A stretch of 64,000 nt of DNA from a virus, in IMG/VR virus record IMGVR_UViG_3300045135_002262, positions 14,783 to 78,782 of that record; one strand, written 5' to 3'. Each line of letters begins with the position of its first letter. Position 1 is the first letter of the stretch. The translations under genes and the position numbers were made by a program. Shown one piece after another: positions 25,201-34,094 of the stretch. The notes under the pieces were generated by a model, which did no database searches, had not been told where the DNA came from, and saw nothing but the letters and a program-made list of their open reading frames with translations.

Positions 25201-25356
25201 TTCTCTTTTGTTTTAAAGGTTTCTGCTTTGTAGTTCTTGATGCATTCTTCTTCCATCAACTCTACCATTTTGGAATGAGAGATTTCTTCTCTTGCAAGTT
25301 GCCATTCCAACTTTCTTACAAATCCTTGCTTTAAGTATTTACCCATAATTATTATA

Positions 25357-25572
25357 CTATTGTTTATTCAAATAGTTTCGTAACAAGTGTCCGCTATTAA
25401 TCGCCAAAATACCAATATTAGTGATAATCACTGGATTACTGTCCAACATGAATCCATAAAGAACCCATGTTGCACAGCCAATAGTGTTAATAATTCTCAG
25501 TCTTGTAACGTTCTTCATCATAAATGAGAGCATTACCAAAAAAGTTGCAATATATCCTACAATTTCTACCAT
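25357..25572 (-). CDS. small inner-membrane protein (YgjV-like)
   Basis: GYIATFLVMLSF.MK....LR.IN..GC..W..YG...PVI.TN. Confidence 0.7.
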   Translation of the reverse strand: MVEIVGYIATFLVMLSFMMKNVTRLRIINTIGCATWVLYGFMLDSNPVIITNIGILAINSGHLLRNYLNKQ

Positions 25573-25575
25573 ATC

Positions 25576-26034
25576 TTAAAAATCTCCAGGTGCAACTTGC
25601 ATACATGTAATGCCATTGTCACGCCACATTTGTACTACTTTATCTCGATCATCAAAACTACAAACAATGTCTGTACCATCTGCGATTAAATCGTCCAACC
25701 ACATTTTTTTCAAAACATCGTCTTTTGTCCATTTCATATTCCCAGTTGCTGGGCGCATTTTCAAAACATCAAACGGAACATTGAACTGATCCAACCAAGC
25801 TTCAGTTGCATCTTGGGTTGCAGCGCTTCGACCGCTAAAAATAACGATCTGATGTCCTGCGTTCTTAAGAACCCTAGCCATGTGAATTACTGGCATATTA
25901 GGTTTGTCCAATTTGATATTATCCGGATCGAAGAATGTATCCCAATCCATTTTACCGTTTTTCAAGAGGCTCTTAGCTCGACGATCATCGATCAAAGCCA
26001 AAGTGCCATCTAAATCAAAAATTACAGTGCTCAT
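25576..26034 (-). CDS. HAD phosphatase (PNKP/PseT C-terminal-like)
   Basis: FDLDGTL, FSGR, FDDRDKVVQMWR..G..C.QVA.GDF. Confidence 0.88.
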   Translation of the reverse strand: MSTVIFDLDGTLALIDDRRAKSLLKNGKMDWDTFFDPDNIKLDKPNMPVIHMARVLKNAGHQIVIFSGRSAATQDATEAWLDQFNVPFDVLKMRPATGNMKWTKDDVLKKMWLDDLIADGTDIVCSFDDRDKVVQMWRDNGITCMQVAPGDF

Positions 26035-26035
26035 A

Positions 26036-26341
26036 TTATTCTGCTATAAAAGTGTTTGTATCATCTAAAATTACAAGGCTTTCGTGCCCATCGTATTCTT
26101 TAATCATAAAGCGGCTTCCTTCAGGAACCCATTCAACTTTAAGACTAACAGTTCCGCCATCGTACCATTCACCATACTTTTCGTCAGCAATATACTTAAA
26201 GCGATCCATTTCGCCTTTCAATAGGGCATCGACCAAATCAAAGTCAACCGCCATATTGCGATCGTTCCAAGTGCTAAATCCTGCACCAAATCCTGGGCTA
26301 ATAATAACACCTACTTTTCCGTTTTTCTTGAACATTTTCAT
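26036..26341 (-). CDS. conserved phage hypothetical protein
   Basis: SPGFGAGFSTWN...EYDGHES. Confidence 0.7.
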   Translation of the reverse strand: MKMFKKNGKVGVIISPGFGAGFSTWNDRNMAVDFDLVDALLKGEMDRFKYIADEKYGEWYDGGTVSLKVEWVPEGSRFMIKEYDGHESLVILDDTNTFIAE

Positions 26342-26497
26342 ATCTTACTGAATTATTGTTTTTGCTTTTTGTATATCTTCTCTAACTATTGCATCTAACG
26401 CTTCATCAAATAGTTCGGGGTGTCTATCTCTAATGTAAAAGGCCACTCGTTCTCCCAAACTCCATACTTCTCTTATCTTATGTAAATCATTCATATC

Positions 26498-26725
26498 TTA
26501 CAAGTTATCTCTTACTGCGTTTTGCATTAACATTTGGCTAGTTGGTGCAATACCAAAACTTACCCAATTTTCATCGTTATTGAACTGTGCTCGACAGTGA
26601 TCCATAATGGAATCATCAAATTCCAAATGGTTTCCAGCAACGTCAGTTACTGGGTGCCAAATGCTTTCCCAACCTTCATTCATGAAAGTTACCCAAGCCA
26701 TTTCTTTATTTAAATCTAATACCAT
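26498..26725 (-). CDS. hypothetical protein
   Basis: ORF in early operon. Confidence 0.55.
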   Translation of the reverse strand: MVLDLNKEMAWVTFMNEGWESIWHPVTDVAGNHLEFDDSIMDHCRAQFNNDENWVSFGIAPTSQMLMQNAVRDNL

Positions 26726-26922
26726 GATTTCTATTATTTAATTTTGTTCTAGCCAAAGTTCGCGCTCATCATGAGCAATGTTTGATTTCAATTCTAAGAA
26801 TTCTGACTTAAGCAGACAGATTTCTTCGTTAAAGGCATTTAGAATGACTACACATTCATCGCCTGAAATTCCACATGTAAATTCTCTAACTAGTTTCATA
26901 AGTTTATCTCTTAATTACAGTA

Positions 26923-26954
26923 CTAATATACAAAATTCCGTTGAGATAAAAAAA
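26923..26954 (-). promoter_or_regulatory. class I promoter
   Basis: TTTTTTTATCTCAACGGAATTTTGTATATTAG. Confidence 0.75.
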
Positions 26955-26971
26955 TGTTTAACTAATTATTT

Positions 26972-27368
26972 TCAAAAAAATTTAGCTGTAAGTTCTTCTT
27001 GGATAGATTTAGCCTCGTTTTCCCATGGTCTGTCATAGTATTGAACCTCGTTCAATTTCTCTAAATCCCATTTTTGGCCTTTCCAATAAAAGATTTGATT
27101 ATCGTAATCGAATTCAAGATCTCCACGTTCAGTTTGCCAGACATGCACCATTTCATGTGCAACAACTTCATTTAGCTTTTCAGCCGGGCAGTCTGGCGAG
27201 ATCAGGATCCAATGACTATTGTAGATCTTTGCCGTGCAACCATAAGTTTCAGCACTCATGCCTTCAACTTTCTTAACATTAATATCGGTTTTAATACCAA
27301 AATTGTCTGCTAGATTTTGCACGCTTTGCTTTAAATCCTTATTTCTAAAATTCTGTAGATTTACCACA
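26972..27368 (-). CDS. zincin-like metallopeptidase (start uncertain)
   Basis: AHEMVHVWQ...RPWENEA; similar to 16232-16723. Confidence 0.75.
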
Positions 27369-27905
27369 TTAAAGGATTTTAACAGGTTTCTTATACTTAT
27401 GACCTTGTGCATCTTTATTAATGTTCTTCTCAAATGGACAGGTGTGCCATTTACGATACATGCCATCTATTGCTTCATAGTCTGAAAGATCTTTTGGCAT
27501 TTCACCGTTTTTAATAAAAAGATTTGAGGTTCTGTATAGATAACGATCTTCACAAACGCCGGTTTGTTGCCATTCATGTAGATCAAATAATTCTTCAGCG
27601 TAAGTTACATCAGGATATATGTTAGCATCGAAACCAACTGAAGTAATCCAATGTAATGCTTGTCTGATTTGTGCAGGTTTATATGGACCGACTAATGCCC
27701 AATCAATGTCCCAGGTTAACCAACCTTCAAGAATGCCGCCGGTAATATAAAGTTCAAAGCCTTCAAAAAGTTCTGATCTTGATTTAACCCTATCAATTAC
27801 AGATTGCACGATTGGGTTATTGATGCTATCTACACCAAACCAATAGTCTGCTTTATATTCACCGAATTGTAGAGTGCCTCTGTAATTCTCTACTCTATAT
27901 TGCAT
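27369..27905 (-). CDS. putative Pol-beta-like nucleotidyltransferase
   Basis: LYITGG...WDIDWAL resembles the hG[GS]...DhD motif, with a later PD. Confidence 0.45.
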   Translation of the reverse strand: MQYRVENYRGTLQFGEYKADYWFGVDSINNPIVQSVIDRVKSRSELFEGFELYITGGILEGWLTWDIDWALVGPYKPAQIRQALHWITSVGFDANIYPDVTYAEELFDLHEWQQTGVCEDRYLYRTSNLFIKNGEMPKDLSDYEAIDGMYRKWHTCPFEKNINKDAQGHKYKKPVKIL

Positions 27906-28852
27906 TAGTCTTTAATTTCGAAACGCGTAGGATCTAACTCTAGCGTTTTGTTACACATAAACTCTTTTAGTTCTGCTAAATACTCAGATGTTTTAGCATC
28001 ACACTCTCTATTATAGAAGTCTTTGAAGATTTGTTTATAAATTTCAATTGTAGAATCATAAGGAACGCCCGGCTGTGAATTAGATTCAATCACGTATAAT
28101 TTACCAGACTTATCTTCCATAATATCAAATGTTAAATAAGGTAAGTCTTTGAATTTACCACAAAACTTCTCTACTAAATCTTTAAATTTCTGTGGAATTT
28201 GATCTACATCATGTTTAATGTATTTAAATTCCATTTGTTCATCGCCTTTACCATCCCCGGATTTAGCCTTGTCATTCATCGGCTCTCGTTCCATCCAGAA
28301 AAATGGCTGACCTTTAAAGTTAATAACTCTGTGTTCTGATTTCTTATCAATAAATTCAGAATACACGTCGAATTTAGAGTGATCTGCTGCTTCCCATTCT
28401 TTTTGATCTTTAAAAACCTGGATGCCTAAGCCTGAATGACCGTCAGCTGGTTTTGCGATTAGTGGTAAGCCAATCTTTTCAGCATCTTCTTTAGAGTGTG
28501 CAGTTTGTGGAATGTTTTCATCACCATCTACAATCTTATGGAATTCTGCTTTAGAACCTGATTGTTTAATGAATTTAGGGTGATTATAAACGTTTTCTGA
28601 TTTAATTAAACCCTCGTCTAAAAGTTTATTACAAACTTCTGAGTTATAATTTAAGACCGGGTAATCTGGATTAATGTCGATATCTTTATAATTCTCTAAA
28701 TTCAATTGAATAAAAAATTTAGAGCCTGCGAAATCCTTGTAGCTCCACCATCTGTGGCCACTTTCAGGATTTATACATAAGTATGCTTTATAAAGATCTT
28801 GAGGCTCTTGTGCTTCATTTAAGAATTCCTCAAACAACATAATTCTTTTCAT
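27905..28852 (-). CDS. ATP-grasp (RimK-like) ligase
   Basis: PLIAKPADGHSGLGI, EFI...EHRV, FDIM, VIESNSQPG; N-terminal MKRIMLFEEFLNE; GATATATA upstream at 28857-28864. Confidence 0.8.
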   Translation of the reverse strand: MKRIMLFEEFLNEAQEPQDLYKAYLCINPESGHRWWSYKDFAGSKFFIQLNLENYKDIDINPDYPVLNYNSEVCNKLLDEGLIKSENVYNHPKFIKQSGSKAEFHKIVDGDENIPQTAHSKEDAEKIGLPLIAKPADGHSGLGIQVFKDQKEWEAADHSKFDVYSEFIDKKSEHRVINFKGQPFFWMEREPMNDKAKSGDGKGDEQMEFKYIKHDVDQIPQKFKDLVEKFCGKFKDLPYLTFDIMEDKSGKLYVIESNSQPGVPYDSTIEIYKQIFKDFYNRECDAKTSEYLAELKEFMCNKTLELDPTRFEIKD

Positions 28853-28863
28853 GTTGTATATAT

Positions 28864-29361
28864 CTACGGTAGAAGGTATTCAAGGACTGCAGCCCAGTTA
28901 GGAAACTTATCACTTCCAAAGTGAATATGTTCTCCTTCAAACTGAGCGGCTCCATTTGCGAAACGATCATCAATTAAAAAGTCGCCTCGATTTAAGTGTT
29001 TATTGTGTGATAGAATTAAGCGCTTATATGCATCTTGACCTAAGTGCTTTTCAACCCAAAGTCTTTTTTCCATCCATGCTTCAGGATTGCCCCAAGGAGC
29101 CGTAGATAGGATATAGCAATCGTAATGTGCTGCTAATTCTTGAAATGCAAAGATAGCACCGGGTATTGGATCTAAATCATTAAAAATACCAGGTATTTGA
29201 TCAAGATCTTCTCCATATTGTGCAGCCAATTCTGGCGTGACGCGTTCTTCCAATGCTTTGTGGAAGTCGGCCAATACACCATCCATGTCAAAGTATAAGA
29301 TTTGCTTATTACTCGTACAAGCTTCCGGTTGAGTTTTTGGGCTTTCTAATGGACTTTCCAT
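28864..29361 (-). CDS. 5'(3')-deoxyribonucleotidase (NT5C-type HAD)
   Basis: FDMDGVLADF, ILSTAPW, EKRLWV, GDFLIDDR. Confidence 0.9.
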   Translation of the reverse strand: MESPLESPKTQPEACTSNKQILYFDMDGVLADFHKALEERVTPELAAQYGEDLDQIPGIFNDLDPIPGAIFAFQELAAHYDCYILSTAPWGNPEAWMEKRLWVEKHLGQDAYKRLILSHNKHLNRGDFLIDDRFANGAAQFEGEHIHFGSDKFPNWAAVLEYLLP

Positions 29362-29494
29362 CTTTAGATTTCATTTTTTTAATTTTGTTCTTCTTTCTGG
29401 GCTTAAACAATTCCCCTTCTTCAAAATCCTCTTCAAAGTCAAAGTTACGCAACTTCATGTTTTCTAATTCCGTATTTAGATTTAAACGTTTCAA
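29309..29494 (-). CDS. small basic protein
   Basis: ORF between coupled neighbours. Confidence 0.4.
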   Translation of the reverse strand: MKRLNLNTELENMKLRNFDFEEDFEEGELFKPRKKNKIKKMKSKDGKSIRKPKNSTGSLYE

Positions 29495-29657
29495 TAAAAG
29501 ACTGACCTACGCCGATTGCCTCAATAAAATATTCATTAGGAATTAAAGGCTTTCGAGCTTTACCATTTATAATTCTATCCGGTGTTTTTTCATTCTCAAA
29601 AACCGTAAGGTAAGCTCTTTTAGCCAACTTTGACTTTCTGTAAACTACGACAATCAT
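29445..29657 (-). CDS. hypothetical protein
   Basis: Coupled (ATGA) to the sigma factor stop. Confidence 0.6.
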   Translation of the reverse strand: MIVVVYRKSKLAKRAYLTVFENEKTPDRIINGKARKPLIPNEYFIEAIGVGQSFIETFKSKYGIRKHEVA

Positions 29658-30256
29658 GCAGCTCCAATTTGTTCTGCGATGAGGGCTTTACCTCTTCGGA
29701 TTCTGTTCTTAACCGTTTGCAAAGATACATTGTGTTTCTCTGCAATTTCATCATATTTCATATTGTTAATCAATCGATCAACAACAATTTCTTTATACAT
29801 ACCTTTAAGGCCGTTCATTGCCTCAAGTGCAAGACCATAAGTTTCCATTAGACTATCTTGTTCATCTAAGTAATCTTGTTCAGTCATTTCTTCAAAATGA
29901 TTAAGTGCATCATCAAGAGTAACTGTTGTCATGCCTGTATTATTAACTTCAACGCCAAACTCTCCAAGTTGATCTAAAGAAGTCTTTTTATTTCTTTTGC
30001 TAATGTATCCTAAACTCTCGTTGAAAGCTATTCGATATAACCATGTTGTAATTTGATACTTTGGATCGTATTGATCGATCTTAGTCCACATTTTAGTTAA
30101 AGTATTAACTGCAATGTCTTCAGCGATTTCGCTGTCTTTTACAATCTTATAAACGTAAGATGTTAAGCCTGGTTTAATACGATTGTAAAGCGCTGTAAAA
30201 GCTTTGTCTGATTTTGTTTCGATGTAGTTTTCTGTGAGTTCACGATAATTTGCCAT
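29654..30256 (-). CDS. ECF-type sigma-70 factor
   Basis: AFTALY, AEDI, TTWLYRIAFN (region 2); YDEIAEKHNVSLQTVKNRIRRGK (region 4). Confidence 0.9.
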   Translation of the reverse strand: MANYRELTENYIETKSDKAFTALYNRIKPGLTSYVYKIVKDSEIAEDIAVNTLTKMWTKIDQYDPKYQITTWLYRIAFNESLGYISKRNKKTSLDQLGEFGVEVNNTGMTTVTLDDALNHFEEMTEQDYLDEQDSLMETYGLALEAMNGLKGMYKEIVVDRLINNMKYDEIAEKHNVSLQTVKNRIRRGKALIAEQIGAA

Positions 30257-30280
30257 AGACTTTGTTTTTATTTTCAGATG

Positions 30281-30312
30281 TAAATATACGAAAAAAAGCC
30301 CAGATAAAAAAA
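30281..30312 (-). promoter_or_regulatory. class I promoter upstream of sigma factor
   Basis: TTTTTTTATCTG...TTTTCGTATATTTA. Confidence 0.7.
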
Positions 30313-30338
30313 TATTTGAGCACTTTTTTTCGATTTTT

Positions 30339-30878
30339 TTAATCTTTTTTCATAAGATCTGGATCTTCAAACAGTTGCAGCATGTCTTTTACATTCACTG
30401 GTTTAAAATCCCACATGTCACAAGAGACATTAATCACTTTATCAACATGCGAGGTCTTATATTCTTTATCAGGGTGTCCTACGATTGAAATAGAATTTTT
30501 ATCCTTATTAGGCCATGTTTTAAGAGGCCAATAGGATATCACCACATTTAAACTTTTTAAGATTTTAATTTGATCTGGTGTATACGCAACGCCAGACTCT
30601 TCACCTATTTTAGAGGCAAAGTCATAGATCGCATGATCCATTTCACCGCCCATTACAACAAGATTACCATTAATTCTTTTAATGGCATACTCTAACGATT
30701 CTGGATCCCATGCGAAATTTCCGGCAACATATACCATATCACCATCAGAGACCACACTATTCCATTGCTCGATTAGGTGGTCATTCATCTCTTCCACGGT
30801 TGCAAAGCCTCGGGTTTCCAAGGTATTTGCAGATTGTCTACCAAATTGTTGGTTAGACGTTATAAACATTTTCATCAA
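30339..30878 (-). CDS. degenerate calcineurin-like phosphoesterase
   Basis: R.F..VEEMN..LIEQWNSVV...D.VY..G; INVSCD.WDFKPV; metal ligands substituted. Confidence 0.7.
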   Translation of the reverse strand: MMKMFITSNQQFGRQSANTLETRGFATVEEMNDHLIEQWNSVVSDGDMVYVAGNFAWDPESLEYAIKRINGNLVVMGGEMDHAIYDFASKIGEESGVAYTPDQIKILKSLNVVISYWPLKTWPNKDKNSISIVGHPDKEYKTSHVDKVINVSCDMWDFKPVNVKDMLQLFEDPDLMKKD

Positions 30879-31411
30879 ACGACGATAAATTTGATATTAA
30901 AATTATCCCAAATATTATTTAAGAAGTGCTGTTCTGTAATAGCTGTAGCGCCATTTTTAATTCTGTTATCTTCGCTTGTATCGATAAATTGATATAATAC
31001 GAAGTCATGTGTCGTAGAGTAAACAAGGGCCTGACCGAATCCTTCACGTAGTGCAGATCCTCTGCTGCCTTTCTTTACTTCGATTGCAATTTTAATACCT
31101 GCAACATCAACAGTCATATCAGGGCGATTAGCAGTACCCATAAACTGAATGTTTTTTACAGTGGTATTTTTATTACCCTCCCATTTAATCATAGTTTTAG
31201 CCTTCTCTCTGGCTAGAGAGCGGCTAAAACCTTTCTTTTCCATAACGTATTCCGTTAATTGATTTAACAGATTAGGGTAAATAAATTGCTTGATCTTATC
31301 TTCAGATTGATTTTTATAATCAATTGTTTCAAAGATTTCTCCGCTTGAAATGCCTTCTTGGATCATTTCAAGGATTGCAATTCTATTTTTACTCTTACTC
31401 GCTAATTTCAT
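30875..31411 (-). CDS. PD-(D/E)XK nuclease-fold protein
   Basis: RPDMTV...IAIEVK...GFGQALVY. Confidence 0.7.
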   Translation of the reverse strand: MKLASKSKNRIAILEMIQEGISSGEIFETIDYKNQSEDKIKQFIYPNLLNQLTEYVMEKKGFSRSLAREKAKTMIKWEGNKNTTVKNIQFMGTANRPDMTVDVAGIKIAIEVKKGSRGSALREGFGQALVYSTTHDFVLYQFIDTSEDNRIKNGATAITEQHFLNNIWDNFNIKFIVV

Positions 31412-31904
31412 CTGCTTCTACGGTTTCTTTTGATAGTGCTTCAATTTCAGCATCAAGTTCCGCTAAAGCTAAGTGATTTCCTTGGATTTCTTTATTAGAT
31501 TCTTGAACTGCATTTAATGCTTCTGTAATTTGAGCACCAACGTTAGTTAATAGTTTAGCAAACGTTTTAGCAGACTCAATACCAGTACCTTCGATAGAAG
31601 TTAGAACCTGATAAAGTGTATTGATATTAATTTGATTAAGACCAATTACAAACTCAGTAGCTTCAGTTTTTTGAAGTTCAGTTTTAGCTGCTTTAAGGTT
31701 ATCATATAGATTGATAACTAACGCTGCATTTTTAATGTTCCATGTATATGCTTTGTCAATCTGCTTAAGAACCGCAGATACATTAGCGATTGATTCAAAG
31801 TTTACATCGTAAACTCGAGCAGCCACTTCTTCTTGTAGTGTTGCAGTTTCTGCTTCTAGCTCAACGCGCTTTTGAATCAATTCGTCTTTAGTCAATGTTG
31901 CCAT
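31395..31904 (-). CDS. hypothetical coiled-coil protein
   Basis: Long ORF, strong codon bias. Confidence 0.7.
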   Translation of the reverse strand: MATLTKDELIQKRVELEAETATLQEEVAARVYDVNFESIANVSAVLKQIDKAYTWNIKNAALVINLYDNLKAAKTELQKTEATEFVIGLNQININTLYQVLTSIEGTGIESAKTFAKLLTNVGAQITEALNAVQESNKEIQGNHLALAELDAEIEALSKETVEADEISE

Positions 31905-31917
31905 ATTATTTATATAT

Positions 31918-32397
31918 TTAGAATTTATCGTTTGTTATTTTACAATCAAAATCAGAAAAGTTTCTAAATTGTTCAGCATCTGCTGAAATTCTTCTTTCAA
32001 TTGAATCATTATTATCGTTTCTTTGCTCTAATCTTTGTCTCCTTATATCTTCTTCGATATCAATGTATATCACAAATAGTCGATTTCTATATTCAGCAGG
32101 TAATAGCTCAACTGCTTCAGCATTTAAAATAATTACATCTGAAGTTTCCCAGTCATGTTTAGTCATGCCATATTTCCAACCGTTAAATTCCTGCCATTCT
32201 ACAAATTGATCATTGTCAATAAACTCTTGGAATTGCTCTTCAGTTATAAAATAATAATCTCTACCGTTTTTCTCACCAGGTCTTGGTGCTCTGGTAGTAC
32301 ATGAAATACCAAATGTAAATCCTCTATCCTGAAATCTTTGGCGCATGTGATCCTTTCCGGTCGCTGCAGCTCCAACAATTGCTATCTTACCTGCCAT
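31918..32397 (-). CDS. gmk: guanylate kinase
   Basis: GAAATGKD, SCTTRAPRPGE.NGRDYYFI, FNGWKYG. Confidence 0.85.
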   Translation of the reverse strand: MAGKIAIVGAAATGKDHMRQRFQDRGFTFGISCTTRAPRPGEKNGRDYYFITEEQFQEFIDNDQFVEWQEFNGWKYGMTKHDWETSDVIILNAEAVELLPAEYRNRLFVIYIDIEEDIRRQRLEQRNDNNDSIERRISADAEQFRNFSDFDCKITNDKF

Positions 32398-32771
32398 TAT
32401 TTATTTTTAAAATATTTAACTATTATATGTGCTGACTTATAATTTGTAGCCAACGGACAATCATGTACATCACAAACACGCATTAACATAGAAATATCTA
32501 CATCATGGGCATGTTTGCCAAGAGGATCCCTGAAAAAGACAACGAAATCAATTTCATTACGAGTAACCATCGCTGCGATTTCGGCGTCGCCTCCCATCGG
32601 ACCGCTAGCAACACACTCCACATTGCGAATCCCAGCATGCTGAACGTGGCTACCAGTAGTCCCGGTTGCAACGATAGTGATGCCATCGCGATTAAAAAAG
32701 TTGAGGCGCTTAGAAACGAAAGCCACCATATCTGCCTTCTTGTTATCATGTGCTATAAGTGCTATTTTCAT
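32397..32771 (-). CDS. mgsA: methylglyoxal synthase
   Basis: IALIAHDNKK, ATGTTG, SGPMGGD, FFRDPL..HAHDVDI..L.R.CDVH..PLATN. Confidence 0.93.
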   Translation of the reverse strand: MKIALIAHDNKKADMVAFVSKRLNFFNRDGITIVATGTTGSHVQHAGIRNVECVASGPMGGDAEIAAMVTRNEIDFVVFFRDPLGKHAHDVDISMLMRVCDVHDCPLATNYKSAHIIVKYFKNK

Positions 32772-33199
32772 TAGTCTTCGAATACTTCAATAATTCTCTC
32801 CTGTTCTACAAGATCAGTCCATTTGTTAGTGTAACGTGTAGCTTTAACAATATGGTTATCGATCCAGTGATAATTACCGCCACGTGGTTTACCCATTAAC
32901 AAACCGTGATATTTAAAACCATGTCGGTTTAACCAAGCTTCTGTAACTTCTCTATGATCTTCAGTTCTTGATGTAAAGAAAGTAATAATATGACCTTCAT
33001 CATACCATTTATTTAAGATCTCTAAAGCATCTGGAAACGGGTGTACAACAGCCATTCTTTCTGGCTCTTCGTTTGGTACATCATCAGTAATTGTTCCGTC
33101 AATATCTATAAGATAATTCTTGCATCCTTCGTTTAAAACCGGAGAGACCAAGTGCCCGTCATCACCAACTTGTGAGTTTAATTTTAATTCTTTTTTCAT
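32771..33199 (-). CDS. HAD-family phosphatase
   Basis: IDIDGTI, FFTSR, MGKPRG..YHWIDN. Confidence 0.8.
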   Translation of the reverse strand: MKKELKLNSQVGDDGHLVSPVLNEGCKNYLIDIDGTITDDVPNEEPERMAVVHPFPDALEILNKWYDEGHIITFFTSRTEDHREVTEAWLNRHGFKYHGLLMGKPRGGNYHWIDNHIVKATRYTNKWTDLVEQERIIEVFED

Positions 33200-33200
33200 A

Positions 33201-34094
33201 CTATTTTTTATTTTTTACAGATTCAATCCATTCGGCTAGGCGGTCTTGTGGGTTTAGGCCTAATCTTTCATTCGTATCTCCGTCAATCTGTGCAGAGTGC
33301 GTTCTTTCACCTTTACGCTCAGGTATAAATGTCCAGTCGCCAAACATTTCAGCAACTTCTATAATTGTTCTACTTACACCAGATCTTAAAAACCACTCAC
33401 GCTCAATGCTATCGTGGTTATCTTCAATGGCTGTATATAAGTATTCGGTTGATTTAACAACACCTTCAATAATATCATCAACATGCGTGAAATCACGGCT
33501 TTGTGTACCTGGTGAAACTACAGTACATGGTTCTCCTGCAAGATACTGCCTTTCGAAGATTCCAACAACTGTTGCATAGTCTCCTTTTGTGATTTGGTTT
33601 GGACCATACACATTAAAGAAGTAATTAATTTGGTATTCAAGTCCATACCATTCTCCATAATTTTTGATCAATTCGACCATTTTAGCTTTCATCCAGCTAT
33701 AAGGTGCTAAGTTTTCATCCTTACCATCGTTACCGAACTTTGAAGAACTTGCTGAATAAATTAATTTAGCACCCCAATGTCTACATAATTCTAAGATTTT
33801 AGGAGTACCGTATAAAATCGAAGCTGTTGCTATTTGAATATCTTCAAACGACTGTACAATTCTTGAATATTCACCAAAGTGAAATACTGTATCAAAAGAA
33901 TCATCGGCGAAGATATAATCCGCATCAATCGTGTGTCCATGATAATATTCAACGCCAGGAACGTGATTATCCTCACTACCTGACATATAGTTATCCAATG
34001 AAACTATACGAGCTTCTGGATAATCGTTTTTAAGTCTTTTAATAAGATTAGAGCCTACAAATCCTGCTCCACCTGTAACTAAAATGTTTTTCAT
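33201..34094 (-). CDS. NAD-dependent nucleotide-sugar epimerase/dehydratase
   Basis: VTGGAGFVGS, SASSS, PYSWMK, FNVYGP, RDFTHV. Confidence 0.9.
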   Translation of the reverse strand: MKNILVTGGAGFVGSNLIKRLKNDYPEARIVSLDNYMSGSEDNHVPGVEYYHGHTIDADYIFADDSFDTVFHFGEYSRIVQSFEDIQIATASILYGTPKILELCRHWGAKLIYSASSSKFGNDGKDENLAPYSWMKAKMVELIKNYGEWYGLEYQINYFFNVYGPNQITKGDYATVVGIFERQYLAGEPCTVVSPGTQSRDFTHVDDIIEGVVKSTEYLYTAIEDNHDSIEREWFLRSGVSRTIIEVAEMFGDWTFIPERKGERTHSAQIDGDTNERLGLNPQDRLAEWIESVKNKK

